From: an uncultured delta proteobacterium
Lineage (GTDB): Bacteria; Myxococcota; Myxococcia; Myxococcales; Anaeromyxobacteraceae
Direction: 5' to 3'
Length of the DNA: 64,000 bases
NCBI GenBank assembly: GCA_963766715.1
Contig: CAVYBH010000012.1
Coordinates: 128,001 to 192,000, forward strand
Below the pieces are notes generated by a model that was given only the letters and a program-made list of their open reading frames with translations, had not been told where the DNA came from and made no database searches. The stretch's first letter is position 1. Every line of letters begins with the position of its first letter. This document shows, in pieces, positions 1 through 10,619 of this stretch. A program made the translations under genes and the position numbers.

Positions 1-2303
1 CCGCGCATCGCGACATCCGCGTCGAGTTCCCGGCCACCGGCGCGGTGGCCCGCGAACGGGTGATCCGGCTCCCCGCGCCCGACGACGCCGGGCAAGGCGA
101 CGCCGCCGCGCGGCTCGTCGCCACGTGGCTCGACGGCGGAATTCCACCGGACGAGGTGGCCGTCTTCGCCCCGGGCCGCATCCTGGAGGCCCTCCCGGCC
201 GCGTTCGCCCGCCTGGGCGTCCCGCTGGCGGTGTCGCTTGTCGCGTCCGCTCGCGGGCCACCCGCTCGTCCGCGATCTTCGCTCCGCGGTCCGGGGGGCG
301 GGCGCACTCGACCGCACGGCCGTGGAGACGCTCCTCTCCTCTCCCTACCTGGGCCCGCCCGAGGGGCCCGCCCGGCAGCGCTTCCTCCTCGACCGCGCGG
401 GCGTCCTGGACGGCCGCGGCGATCCGGAGGAGCGGCTCCGGGCCCGGGCGGCCCTCCTCGGCGGCTCGGGGAAGGCCGCCGGGGAGCGAGTGGCCCTCAC
501 GCGAATGGCCGACGCGGTGCGGGACCTTCGCCGGCTGCTGGCCCCGCTCGCCGTCCCGGGCACGCCGGTCGAGTGGGCGGCGCGGGTGCGCGCCCTCCTC
601 GAGCGCGCCGGCGTCCGGCGCCGGGCGGCTCGCGGCGCACCCTCCCTCGCCCGCAGGGACCTGGCGGCCATCGCGCGGCTGGAGGAGGTCCTCGACGACC
701 TCGCCTCCGCGCTCGACGCGACGGGAGCAGGGAGCCGCAGGATGTCCCGCGAGGAGTTCGCCTCCCTCCTCGGGCTGGCCGCCGGCCTCGCCGAGCTGCC
801 CGCGGGTCAGGGTCCGGCCTCCGGCGCGGTGGAGGCCTGGCCCACCGACGAGGCGCCCGGACTGGTTGCCCGCGCGGCGGTCGTGCTCGGGCGCCGAGCG
901 CGGGTCCTGGCCCGGGGCGCCGCGGGTCGATGCGCTCCTCGGCAACTCGGCCCGGGAGGCCCTCGACGCGGCACCTCCGGCGCCGGGCGCTGCCCACCGC
1001 GTTCCACCTCCGGGCCGATGCCGAGTTCCGCGGCTGGTCGGCGCTGGCCGCCGCGCGCGAGACCCTGGCGGTGGGGTGGACCGAGGGGCCCGACCGCGAA
1101 GGGCCGGCGCCTCTCGCCGCGCAGGCGCTCGACCTGGCCGGGGCCGAGGAGCTTCGCCTGGGACGCGACCCCGCGCTCGAGGCGGCGCGAGGGCCGGCAG
1201 AGGCGCTCCGCGCGGCCGCGCGCCTCACGGCCGCGGGTCAAGGCCCCCGGGTCGTCGCCGCGCTCGAGGCGCTCCCCGACCTGGCCGGGCGCGCGGCCGA
1301 CGCGGGGGTGCGCGGCCGGATGGAGGAGGACCGGCGGAACGCCTGGGTAGCGGGGCAGGCCACGCCAGCGGCCGGCGCCATCCCTCCCGGCCTCCCGCCC
1401 TTCGCCGCGGCCTTGCCCGCCGAGTGGAGCGCCACCGATCTCGAGACCTTCGCGGGTTGTCCCTACCGCTTCCTCCTGCGCGCGGCGCGGGTGCCCGAGG
1501 CGGAGCGGGGGAGCTTCGACATGGAGCCCCGGGACGAGGGGGCCATGCTCCACGCCATCCTGGAGGCGTTCGTCGGCGCCCGGCGCGACCGGGGCGCGTG
1601 GCCGCTCACCGGGGGTGACGCCGACCGGGAGGAGATCCGGCGCCTGGCCGGCGAGGTGCTCCAGCGCTTCGAGGCCGAGGGGCGCGTGGGCGACCCCTCG
1701 ACGTGGGCGGGGCGGCGGGCGGCGATCCTGGCCCGGCTCGACCGCTTCGTCGAGGTCGAGGCGCGGGACGCCGACGGGATGCGCCCGGTCCTCCTCGAGT
1801 ACGCCTTCGGCGGGCGCTCGGGGCGTCCCGCGATCGCCATCCCGTCCGCCGGAGACCCGGTCCTCCTCCAGGGGCGAATCGACCGGGTCGACGACGACGG
1901 GCGGCGCCTGCTCGTCGTCGACTACAAGAACTCGCGGTCGACCGAGATGGCGCGCGAGCGGCTCTCCGAGGAGGAGCTGGGCAGGTCGAGCTTCCAGGCT
2001 CCCGTCTACCTCCTGGCCGCGGCGAGGGAGCTCCCCGGGCGCGCCGAGCTGTCGGCCACCTACTCGCTGCTCCGGTCCGGGGAGCGGGCCGAACCGTGGA
2101 GGGTCGATCCCGCCGACCCGTTCCTCGCGCTCGACCCGGAGCGGCGCGCCGCGATCCGGGCCGCCGGCGGGCGCAACCTGGCCGACGGGGTCGTCGACGT
2201 CGTGTCCCGCATCCGGTCGGGCCGGTTCCCGGTGGCGCCTTCCGACTGCACCGGATGCCCCTTCGGCGCCGTCTGCCGGTTCCCTCGGCCGGGGGAGGCA
2301 TGA
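1..2303 (+). CDS. addB: AddB-like PD-(D/E)XK nuclease subunit (5' partial, several apparent frameshifts near 240, 900 and 980)
   Basis: C-terminal nuclease motifs GRIDRVD, VVDYKN, FQAPVY; Cys pattern GCPY...CTGCPFGAVC; frame open to the window edge; stop overlaps the ATG of the UvrD-like gene. Confidence 0.8.
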   Translation, partial: AHRDIRVEFPATGAVARERVIRLPAPDDAGQGDAAARLVATWLDGGIPPDEVAVFAPGRILEALPAAFARLGVPLAVSLVASARGPPARPRSSLRGPGGGRTRPHGRGDAPLLSLPGPARGARPAALPPRPRGRPGRPRRSGGAAPGPGGPPRRLGEGRRGASGPHANGRRGAGPSPAAGPARRPGHAGRVGGAGARPPRARRRPAPGGSRRTLPRPQGPGGHRAAGGGPRRPRLRARRDGSREPQDVPRGVRLPPRAGRRPRRAARGSGSGLRRGGGLAHRRGARTGCPRGGRARAPSAGPGPGRRGSMRSSATRPGRPSTRHLRRRALPTAFHLRADAEFRGWSALAAARETLAVGWTEGPDREGPAPLAAQALDLAGAEELRLGRDPALEAARGPAEALRAAARLTAAGQGPRVVAALEALPDLAGRAADAGVRGRMEEDRRNAWVAGQATPAAGAIPPGLPPFAAALPAEWSATDLETFAGCPYRFLLRAARVPEAERGSFDMEPRDEGAMLHAILEAFVGARRDRGAWPLTGGDADREEIRRLAGEVLQRFEAEGRVGDPSTWAGRRAAILARLDRFVEVEARDADGMRPVLLEYAFGGRSGRPAIAIPSAGDPVLLQGRIDRVDDDGRRLLVVDYKNSRSTEMARERLSEEELGRSSFQAPVYLLAAARELPGRAELSATYSLLRSGERAEPWRVDPADPFLALDPERRAAIRAAGGRNLADGVVDVVSRIRSGRFPVAPSDCTGCPFGAVCRFPRPGEA

Positions 2304-5300
2304 GCCCGCTGCCCGCCGGAGCGTCGTGGAGCGACGCGGCGCAGGCGCTCTTCCGGGCGAGCGGCGCCATCGCCGTGTCGGCCGCGGCCGGCGCGGGCAA
2401 GACCTCGGCGCTCGTGGAGCTCCTCCGGCGCCGGCTCGCCGGGGACGGTCCGGAGGAGCCCCTCGCCCCCCGGGACGTGGTGGCCATCACGTTCACGGAA
2501 CGTGCGGGGGCCGAGCTGGCCGACCGGCTGGGCCGGGAGCTCGCCGACGGGGCGCGGACGCTCCGCTCCGCGGGCGACGGGGACGGGGCGGCGCGGCTCG
2601 AGGAGGCGCTGCGGGAGCTGCCCTCCATGGCGGTGGGCACGATTCACGGGTGGGCGGCGAGCGTGCTCCGGGAGCACGCGCTCGAGGCCGGTCTCGATCC
2701 CGACTTCGCCGTGCTCGACGAGGAGGGAGCTTCCGAGCTGCTGGGCGCCGCGTCGCTCGAGGGAGCGGTGGCCGCGCTCGACCGGGGGGGCGAGGCGGAG
2801 CGCCGGCTGGCCACGGCGCTGGGAGGGGTCCGCGCCCTCGGCGCCGAGGCGATCGCCCTCCTGCGCGAGCGCGCCACCCGGGGCCTCGTCGGCCCACCCG
2901 AGGCGGTGCAGGGGAGCGATCGGGACGTGGAGGCCGCGCGCGAGGACGTGCTCGCCGCCGCAGCCGACCTGGCCGGGATGGCTGCCGCGGCCACGACTCC
3001 CACCGGGCAGGCCGCGCTCGGCGCGCTCGCGGCCCGGCTCGCGGAGCTCACCGGGGCCGGGCGGCTCCCGGACGGCGCCAGGCTCGCGTCGGCCACGAAG
3101 GGCTGGCGCACCGGGAAGCGCGACCCGCCCGCTCTGTCCGCCGCCCGCGCGCGCTTCGAGGAGGCCGCCGCCCGTCTCCCGCGGGTCGAGGCGGAGCGCG
3201 AGGCTGCACCGCTGGCGCTCGCGCTCGCCTCCCTCGTCGGCGACGTCGAACGGCGCTACCGGGAGGCCAAGGACCGCGCCGGCGTCCTCGACTTCGACGA
3301 TCTCCTGCTGCGGGTCCGCGACCTCCTGCGCGACGCGCCCGTCCTCCGCTCCGAGATGCGAGCGCGGGCGAGGGCGCTCCTCGTGGACGAGTACCAGGAC
3401 GTGAACGGCCTCCAGGCCGAGATCTTCGAGCTGCTCGCCGGGGAGGACGCGCCCGGCCCCGCGGGAACGCCCCTTCCCCTGCGCGTGGCGGTCGGGGACG
3501 CCAAGCAGTCCATCTACCGGTTTCGCGGCGCCGACGTGGGCGTGTTCGCCGGCCTCATCGGGCGGCTCGCCGCCGGGCAGGGGCAGGTGGTTCACCTGCG
3601 GGAGAACCACCGCTCGACGGGCGGCATCGTCGACCTCGTGAACGCGCTCCTCTCCGGCGAGGAGGGCGGACTGGGCGTGCCCTTCGGCGACGAGGACCGG
3701 CTGCGCGCCACGCGGCCCGGCGGCGACCGCCCCGCCGCGGAGCTGCTCGAGGACGGGGAGGGTGGATCGGCCGAGGAGCGCCGGGCGCGCGAGGCCCGGG
3801 CCGTCGCCGCCCGGATCGCCGAATTGCTCGCCGCCGGGACGCCGCCCGGGGACGTGGCCATCCTCTTCCGCCGGCTCACCCACGTCGGGGTCTTCGAGCG
3901 GGCGCTGCGCGAGGCCGGGATCCCGGTCCGCGTGGCGCGCGGCGGCGGATTCTTCCAGGCCCCCGAGGTTCGCGACCTGGGAGAGCTCTGCGCGGTCGTG
4001 GAGGAGCCCGGCGACGAGGTGGCCTGGGCGGCGCTCCTTCGGTCGCCGCTCTGCTCGCTGTCCGACGCCACGCTCTTCGCGCTCGCCCGCCGCGGTCTCG
4101 CCCGGCTGTCGAGGATCGATCCCGCCGAGGCCGGCGCCGAGATCGGCCTGGCCCGCTCCGGGGAGGCGCCGCCGGGCGAGGGGGACAGGCTGCGGCGGCT
4201 GCTCGAGACCTGGCGCGAGCTGCGCGAGGGGCGCGGGCGGCTCGACGCGGGGGAGACGATCTCGCTCGCGGTGGAACGGCTCGACGTGGAGGCGGCGCTG
4301 CTCGCCGGGCCGGACGGGGAGCGGCGCGCGGCCAACGTGCGCAAGGTCGTCGAGATCGCCCGGCGCCAGGCGGCGCGCGGCGTCCCGGTCGGCACGTTCG
4401 CCGACCGCCTCCGGACGCTCTCCCGGCTCCCGCCCCGGGAACCGGAGGCGGATGGAGGGGACGCCGACGCGGTCTCGCTCCTCACCGTTCACCAGGCCAA
4501 GGGGCTGGAGTGGCCCGTCGTCCTCGTGCCCGAGCTCGGAGCGCGTCCCCCGACTCCGGCTCGACGTCCGGTGCTCGACGAGCAGGGTCGCGTGGCCGTC
4601 CCGCTCCTCGGCGACGGCGGAGCGGCGCCCGCGGAGACCGACACCACCGCCCGGGTGCGCGCCGCGGCGTCGCGCGCCGAGCGCGCCGAGGGCCGGCGCC
4701 TCCTCTACGTCGCGCTCACCCGGGCCCGGGACAGGCTGGTCCTCTCCGGCTCCACGCTCGCGCACCGCCACCGGCACCTGGGCCGAGGTCGTGGCGCGGG
4801 CCCCGCCCGGGTTGCTCCTCCGCCGCCCCGCGCCGTCCGCCCCGCTCCCGCTCGCCGCGCCGACCGGGCCGACCGGGCCGACCGGTCCGGACACGACGGT
4901 GCCGCTCGCCGCCCCCGCGCTCCGCCCCGCGCCGGCGCCGCTTCCCCTGCGACTCTCGGTGACCAGCCTGGCCGAGTACGCGCGCTGCCCGCGCCGGCAC
5001 TGGCTGGCCGTCCAGATGAAGCTGCCGGAGCCGAGGAGCGACGCGCGCGGCGGGGAGGAGGTGGAGCGCGCCACGGTCCGGGGAACGCTGGCCCATGCGC
5101 TCCTCGCCGAGGTGGACCTGCTCGCCCCGCCGCTGGCCCGCCGGGCGCTGCTGGCCGCTGCGGCCACGCGACGCGGCGACGACCCGGGGCGCCCGGCAAT
5201 CCGTCGCATCCTCGACGACGTGGCCCGCTTCCTGGAGTCGCCGAACGGGCAGCGGCTGGCCGGCTGGGCCCGGACGGGTGCGCTGCGCCGGGAGGTCCCT

Positions 5301-5729
5301 TTCCTGCTCCGGCTCGACGGGGCGCCGGCGTGCTACCTGGATGGGGCCATCGACGCACTGGTCGTGAGCGGCGACGACGTCGAGGTCCTCGACTTCAAGT
5401 ACGCCCGCTACCACCCGGGGGCGGAGGACCGGTACCGGCTCCAGCTCGAGGCCTACGCGCTGGCGGCGTCGCGCGCCCACGGAGGCGCGCCCGTCCGGGC
5501 CACGCTCCACTTCCTCCGAGGCGTTCCGCGGGCCGTCGACGTCACCCCGTCCGGGGAGTCCCTCCGCCGCCTGGCCGCCCGGATCCCGGCCCTGGCGCTC
5601 GGGGCCACCCGCGGGGAGGGCAGGGACCTCTCCCCGGGCGAGGTCGGGCGCGACGAGGCCCGTTGCAGGCAGGAGGGATGCGGCTTCGTGGCGCGCTGCT
5701 TCCGCACGCCCGCGCTGCGAACGGCATGA
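2300..5729 (+). CDS. addA: AddA-like UvrD helicase with C-terminal RecB-family nuclease (frameshift near 4750)
   Basis: AAAGAGKT Walker A, ITFT, DEYQD, VGDAKQSIYRFRGAD, TVHQAKGLEW, YVALTRARDRL; nuclease GAIDAL, LDFKY, QLEAY in the next frame; GGAGG RBS. Confidence 0.88.
4860..4886 (+). repeat. 9-bp tandem repeat (ccgaccggg x3, last copy imperfect) encoding a PTG linker
   Basis: Read directly; lies in the helicase-nuclease linker. Confidence 0.7.
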
Positions 5730-5797
5730 TATAGAGACCGGCGCGGAGCCGGACGAAGGCTCCGCACCACATTCCACTCTCGCCCCCGGAGACTTCC

Positions 5798-6718
5798 ATG
5801 CAGATCACACCGCGCGTGAAGGAAATCCTGTCCTGGTACTCGTCCGACAGCCCGGGGACGCTGACCAACCTGGCGCGGCTGCTCGGATCCGGGAAGCTCG
5901 GGGGCACGGGCAAGCTCGTCATCCTCCCGGTCGACCAGGGCTTCGAGCACGGACCGGCCCGCTCCTTTGCGCCGAACCCGGCCGGGTACGATCCCGACTA
6001 CCACTTCCAGCTCGCCATCGACGCCGGCTGCAACGCCTACGCCGCCCCGCTCGGATTCCTCGAGGCCGGCGCCGCCAAGTTCGCCGGGCAGATCCCGCTC
6101 ATCCTCAAGCTCAACAACTCCGACAGCCTGGCCAAGATGGACCAGCCCATCTCGGCCATCACCGGCTCCGTCGACGAGGCGCTCCGGCTCGGCTGCGCCG
6201 CCATCGGGTACACGATCTACCCGGCATCGGGCGCCCGGAACCGGCAGTACGAGGACCTGAGGGCCCTCACCCAGGAGGCCAAGCGCAAGGGTCTCGCCGT
6301 GGTGGTCTGGAGCTACCCGCGCGGGGCGGGCGTGTCGAAGGACGGGGAGACGGCGGTCGACATCGCCGGCTACGCCGCCCAGATCGCCGCGCAGCTCGGC
6401 GCGCACGTCATCAAGGTGAAGCCGCCCAAGGACCTGGTGGAGGGCGCCGAGGCCAAGAAGGTCTTCGAGAAGTACGCCATCCCCACGAAGACCCTCGCCG
6501 ACCGCGTGCGGCACGTCGTCCAGAGCGCCTTCAACGGCAAGCGAATCGTGATCTTCTCCGGCGGCGAGGCGAAGGGGACCGACGAGGTCCTCGCCGAGAT
6601 CCGCGGCCTGAAGGAGGGCGGGTCGTTCGGCTCCATCATGGGGCGCAACGCCTTCCAGCGCCCCAGGGCCGAGGCGCTGAAGCTCCTCGACGAAGTGATG
6701 AAGATCTACGCGCCCTGA
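5798..6718 (+). CDS. fbaB: Class I fructose-bisphosphate aldolase (DhnA/FbaB type)
   Basis: ILPVDQGFEHGP, WSYPRG, Schiff-base IIKVK-like VIKVKPP, SGG, GRNAFQ. Confidence 0.92.
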   Translation: MQITPRVKEILSWYSSDSPGTLTNLARLLGSGKLGGTGKLVILPVDQGFEHGPARSFAPNPAGYDPDYHFQLAIDAGCNAYAAPLGFLEAGAAKFAGQIPLILKLNNSDSLAKMDQPISAITGSVDEALRLGCAAIGYTIYPASGARNRQYEDLRALTQEAKRKGLAVVVWSYPRGAGVSKDGETAVDIAGYAAQIAAQLGAHVIKVKPPKDLVEGAEAKKVFEKYAIPTKTLADRVRHVVQSAFNGKRIVIFSGGEAKGTDEVLAEIRGLKEGGSFGSIMGRNAFQRPRAEALKLLDEVMKIYAP

Positions 6719-6748
6719 GCGTGACGAAGCCGACCTGAAGGGCAATCC

Positions 6749-6782
6749 GGGGCCGTCCCGATGCGGGTGGCGGCCCCTTTTT
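6749..6782 (+). terminator. Rho-independent terminator after fbaB
   Basis: ggggccgtcccg-atg-cgggtggcggcccc hairpin followed by ttttt. Confidence 0.8.
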
Positions 6783-6884
6783 CCTTGCCCTCGACCGCCG
6801 GTGGAGTCTATACGGAAAGTCCTTTAGATCACCGCCGTTACGCGGCTCGGGCGCGGTAGACCCGCGCTGCGAGGAAAGAGCAAA

Positions 6885-7403
6885 ATGCGCCTTTATCCGA
6901 AGGTCATTCCCACCATCGCCCGCGAGGTCGTCCAGACCCTGATGCAGGACGGCGACGTCGAGGTGGAGACCATGCGGATCGCCGACGCCGAGATGGACAT
7001 GGCGTCGGTCATGAAGGAGTACCTGGCCGCCGAGGAGCGCGTGAACGGCGCCACCCGCGAGGCCCTCGAGCGCCGCGGCTACGATCAGTCCCGGTTCAAC
7101 CAGGTGAAGCGCGAGATGGCCGACGTCCGCGGCTTCAAGATGGGGGACGAGGGGATCGAGTACGTCATCGGCCAGATGATGGAGCAGCTGCTCGTCTCCC
7201 GGAACGTCGAGGAGGTCTTCTCCGACGACCTGAGCCTCCGGAAGAAGATCTTCGGCATCTTCAAGCGCCACCTCGACGTCGACGACGAGATTGACCGCGA
7301 GGCCCGCGCCCGCCTGAAGCACCTCCAGGAGGGCACGAGCGCCTGGGACATCGAGTTCGGAAAGACGGTCGAGCTGCTGCGCCGCTCGCGCGGCCTCATC
7401 TGA
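6885..7403 (+). CDS. DUF507 family protein
   Basis: Clean GC3-biased ORF with RBS; C-terminal EIDREARARL...WDIEF...LLRRSRGL pattern typical of DUF507. Confidence 0.75.
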   Translation: MRLYPKVIPTIAREVVQTLMQDGDVEVETMRIADAEMDMASVMKEYLAAEERVNGATREALERRGYDQSRFNQVKREMADVRGFKMGDEGIEYVIGQMMEQLLVSRNVEEVFSDDLSLRKKIFGIFKRHLDVDDEIDREARARLKHLQEGTSAWDIEFGKTVELLRRSRGLI

Positions 7404-7404
7404 C

Positions 7405-8154
7405 CTAGGGCGGTCGGGCCAGCAGCGCCGACACCGGTCCCAGATCGATCTCGCTCACCGCCCCCACCAGCACGCGGTGGGGGTCCGTCGAGATCCAGAC
7501 GTGGAGCGGCCGCTTCGCGCCGGGCTGGTCGGCCCGCTCGATGGTCCCGTCGATGCGCAGCGTGTCGAAGAGGCCGCCCGCCGTGTCGACGCGCTCCGGC
7601 TTCGCCGCCACCTTCCCGTGGTAGCGCCAGTAGCGCCGGTTGCCCACCACGTCGAAGCAGATCTCCTGCCCGGGCTTCAGGTCGGCGGCGCGCAGGAAGT
7701 AGGCGGCGGAGAGGGCGTCCAGGACCTCTCCCTTGCGCTCGTAGGACGTCGCCCCCTTCTGGTCGCCGTAGAGGGTCTCGATGGTCACCGACGTGGCGCT
7801 GGCGCCGAGGCGGGCGTCGCTCACCTTCTTCACGCCGTCCTCGACGACCTCGTCCCGGTAGCGCTCGGGGCGAAGGGTCTTCGCGTCCACCCAGGAGAAG
7901 CCGCCGCCGACGATCCGCCGGATCTTGGCGAACACCGAGGTGTTCTTCACCCGGGCCTTGAAGGGGATCTGGGTGCCGTCGAACATCGGACGGCCCACCT
8001 CGAGGGCGAGGGTCCCGGCCTTCACCATGCCCATCACGTCCAGGTCGAAGGTGAGGACCTCGCCGGTGCGCCACGGGAACGGGCCCGGGCGAAGCGCCGG
8101 GAGGCCGCATGGCTCGGCGGCGAGGAGCAGGGCAGCGACGGCGGCGGCGAACAG
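7405..8154 (-). CDS. DUF3108-like exported protein (probable CTG start)
   Basis: GEVLTFDLDVMG, TAGGLFDTLRI, VWISTDPHRV motifs; signal-like N-terminus starts at CTG 8154 after GAGG. Confidence 0.7.
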   Translation of the reverse strand: MFAAAVAALLLAAEPCGLPALRPGPFPWRTGEVLTFDLDVMGMVKAGTLALEVGRPMFDGTQIPFKARVKNTSVFAKIRRIVGGGFSWVDAKTLRPERYRDEVVEDGVKKVSDARLGASATSVTIETLYGDQKGATSYERKGEVLDALSAAYFLRAADLKPGQEICFDVVGNRRYWRYHGKVAAKPERVDTAGGLFDTLRIDGTIERADQPGAKRPLHVWISTDPHRVLVGAVSEIDLGPVSALLARPP

Positions 8155-8163
8155 GTGGCGGCC

Positions 8164-8913
8164 TCAGTTCCGGGCCAGCTGGCCGCCGGGACGGTAGGCG
8201 GCCAGGTTCACCACCACGCTCCCCAGCGCGAAGTCGGCGCTCACGCGGACCGGGACCCGGTTCTCGTCGGCGGAGAACCAGATGAAGGTGTCGCGCTTGG
8301 AGGCGAAGTTCCCCTCGAACGCCGTCCGGACCTGGACCTTCCACGCGTCGAAGGAGCCGGCGGGCGTGTTCACGGTCTCGCGCCCGACCACGGAGGCCTG
8401 GAGCTGGAAGGTGCCCTTCGTCGTGAAGACCGGGATCTCGAACCGGGCGTCGGCGCCGAGCGGCTGGGTGCGGAGCCAGAGGACGGCGCTCGCGAAGTCC
8501 TGGGCCATGGGATCGAGCGGGTAGGTCTTCTCGATCTTCCGCCCCTTGCGCTCGATGCGGATGGTGGCCTGTCCGGAGTCCCGATCGAAGCGGGCGCTGT
8601 CGTTGTGCCGGTCGCCCACCTCGATGGCCTGCAGGTCGGAGCCCCGCGGGAGGCGCGACTCGGAATCCCAGTACGAGACCAGGTGCTCGCGGATGTCGAC
8701 GATGCTCGCGAGCCCGCCCGACCGGGCCTGGGAGATGACCGGCCAGACCGGCCCCTCGGCCTGGCCGACGACGATGCGGGCCTCCCCGGTGCGAACCCCG
8801 AGGTAGTCGATGGTGAAGTCGATCTGCTCACCTGGGGCGAACCCGCCTCCGGCGAAGGCGGCCGGGGCGGCGAGGAGGGCCAGGGAGGCGATGGCGAGGC
8901 GGGCGAGTTTCAT
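8164..8913 (-). CDS. DUF3108-like exported protein
   Basis: Signal peptide MKLARLAIASLALLAAPAAFA; GEQIDFTIDYLG, TPAGSFDAWKV, IWFSADENRVPV. Confidence 0.8.
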   Translation of the reverse strand: MKLARLAIASLALLAAPAAFAGGGFAPGEQIDFTIDYLGVRTGEARIVVGQAEGPVWPVISQARSGGLASIVDIREHLVSYWDSESRLPRGSDLQAIEVGDRHNDSARFDRDSGQATIRIERKGRKIEKTYPLDPMAQDFASAVLWLRTQPLGADARFEIPVFTTKGTFQLQASVVGRETVNTPAGSFDAWKVQVRTAFEGNFASKRDTFIWFSADENRVPVRVSADFALGSVVVNLAAYRPGGQLARN

Positions 8914-9082
8914 GGGCTCGGAAGAAGGTACGTCGACCTGATCGAGTAGCAAGGCATCGGCCAATCCAGGACGGGAGAACCGCCATCGAAATCAGGATCT
9001 TGCCGCAGGAGTCCCGGATGGGGCCTGGGCGAATCAGGGCATCCTTGTCGCGGTGGCGATAGCGAATGGCTACTCTGAAAGG

Positions 9083-9304
9083 ATGCCACTCGACCCGAAC
9101 GACTACGAGGGAGACAAGGAGGACGTCGGCGAGAAGGAGGGGCGACGCCGCACCTTCCAGGACTTCGACTGCCCGAGCTGCAGTGCCAACAACCCCTACG
9201 ACGACGCCTTCGGCGACGGGGACGACGTCCTTTGCTTCTACTGCGGGCAGGAGTTCAAGGTCCTGGTGAACGACGAGGGCCGGCTGCGGCTCAAGGAGGT
9301 GTGA
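9083..9304 (+). CDS. Small acidic zinc-ribbon protein
   Basis: CPSC...CFYC pairs in 73 aa; good codon bias. Confidence 0.7.
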   Translation: MPLDPNDYEGDKEDVGEKEGRRRTFQDFDCPSCSANNPYDDAFGDGDDVLCFYCGQEFKVLVNDEGRLRLKEV

Positions 9305-9341
9305 CCCGGCCGTCCGCACCGCCCGCCGCGGAGGGCGGGAC

Positions 9342-9992
9342 CTACGGTCCCTTCCGGGCGCGCTCCCCGAAGATCGCCGTGCCCACGCGCACCAGGGTCG
9401 CGCCCTCGGCGATCGCGATCGGGTAGTCCCCGCTCATCCCCATCGAGAGCTCGCGCAGGCCGAGCCGATCGCGCAGGCCGCGCAGGGCCACGAAGTAGGG
9501 TCGAGGGTCGTCCCCGGGCGGGGGAATGCAGGTCAGCCCGGCCACCTCGAGCGAGGGGAGTGCGCGCAGCTTCTCCACGAGCCCGGGCACGTCGCCCTCC
9601 GCGCAGCCCCCCTTCGAGGCTTCCTGCCCGAGGTTCACCTCGACGAGGACCCGCGCGCGGGCTCCGGCCTTCTCCCAGCGCTTCGAGATCTCTCGCCCCA
9701 GCTCCTCCCGGTCCACCGTGTGGACGAGCCCGACACGGCCGGCCAGGTACTTCACCTTGTTCGTCTGGAGAGAGCCGATGAAGTGCCAGACGATCTCCGG
9801 CAGGTCGGCGAGGACCTCGGCCTTCTCCCTCCACTCCTGCACGTAGTTCTCGCCGAAGTGGCGCTGGCCCGCGGCGTGGGCCTCGCGGATGGCGTCGGCC
9901 GGCTGGGACTTCGACACGGCGATGAGCGTGACGCCGGCCGGGATCGAGGCGCGAACGAGTGCCAGCCGCCCGGCGATGGTCTCGGCGTTCAA
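9342..9992 (-). CDS. yggS: YggS family PLP homeostasis protein
   Basis: [42 protein letters not shown]. Confidence 0.95.
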   Translation of the reverse strand: MNAETIAGRLALVRASIPAGVTLIAVSKSQPADAIREAHAAGQRHFGENYVQEWREKAEVLADLPEIVWHFIGSLQTNKVKYLAGRVGLVHTVDREELGREISKRWEKAGARARVLVEVNLGQEASKGGCAEGDVPGLVEKLRALPSLEVAGLTCIPPPGDDPRPYFVALRGLRDRLGLRELSMGMSGDYPIAIAEGATLVRVGTAIFGERARKGP

Positions 9993-10579
9993 GGCGTCCC
10001 CCAGGGTGGCGTGAGCCCGAGCCGGCCGAGCAGGGCGAGCGTCTCGGCGAGCGGCAGGCCGACCACGTTCGAGACGCTGCCGGCGATCCCGCGCACCAGC
10101 GAGCCGCCGGCTCCCTGGACGGCGTAGGCGCCGGCCTTGTCGAACGGCTCTCCGGTTCCCACGTACCAGGCGATGCGCTCCTCGGAGAGGGGGACGAGGC
10201 GCACCGCCGAGGAGACGACGAGGGTCTCCTCCCGCGTCGCTCCGTCGGCTCCCCTCGCGAGGCCGTGGACGCCGGTGGCCACGACGTGGGTCCGGCCGGA
10301 GAGGGCCCGCAGCATCCGCCGGGCGTCGCCCTCGTCGCGCGGCTTGCCCAGGATCTCCGTCCCCAGGACCACGGAGGTGTCGGCGGCGAGCACCAGCTCT
10401 CCGGGCGAGGCCGGGACGGCGCGGGCCTTCTCGCGGGCCAGCCGCCGGACGTACCCGTCCGCACCTTCGCCCTCACGCACCGACTCGTCGGTGTCGGCGG
10501 GCCGGACCTCGGCCTGGACGCCGACCGAGGCGAGCAACTCGCGGCGGCGAGGACTCCGGGAGGCGAGGACGAGACGCAT
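9989..10579 (-). CDS. maf: Maf family nucleoside triphosphate pyrophosphatase
   Basis: [35 protein letters not shown]. Confidence 0.95.
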   Translation of the reverse strand: MRLVLASRSPRRRELLASVGVQAEVRPADTDESVREGEGADGYVRRLAREKARAVPASPGELVLAADTSVVLGTEILGKPRDEGDARRMLRALSGRTHVVATGVHGLARGADGATREETLVVSSAVRLVPLSEERIAWYVGTGEPFDKAGAYAVQGAGGSLVRGIAGSVSNVVGLPLAETLALLGRLGLTPPWGTP

Positions 10580-10619
10580 TGACGAATGACCCGCGGTATT
10601 GCTACCACGATCCTCGACC

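Noticed and set aside
8164..8166. Selenocysteine or readthrough at the in-frame TGA between DUF3108 genes
   Set aside because: No evident SECIS-like hairpin, no Cys-type motif, and the downstream part has its own signal peptide
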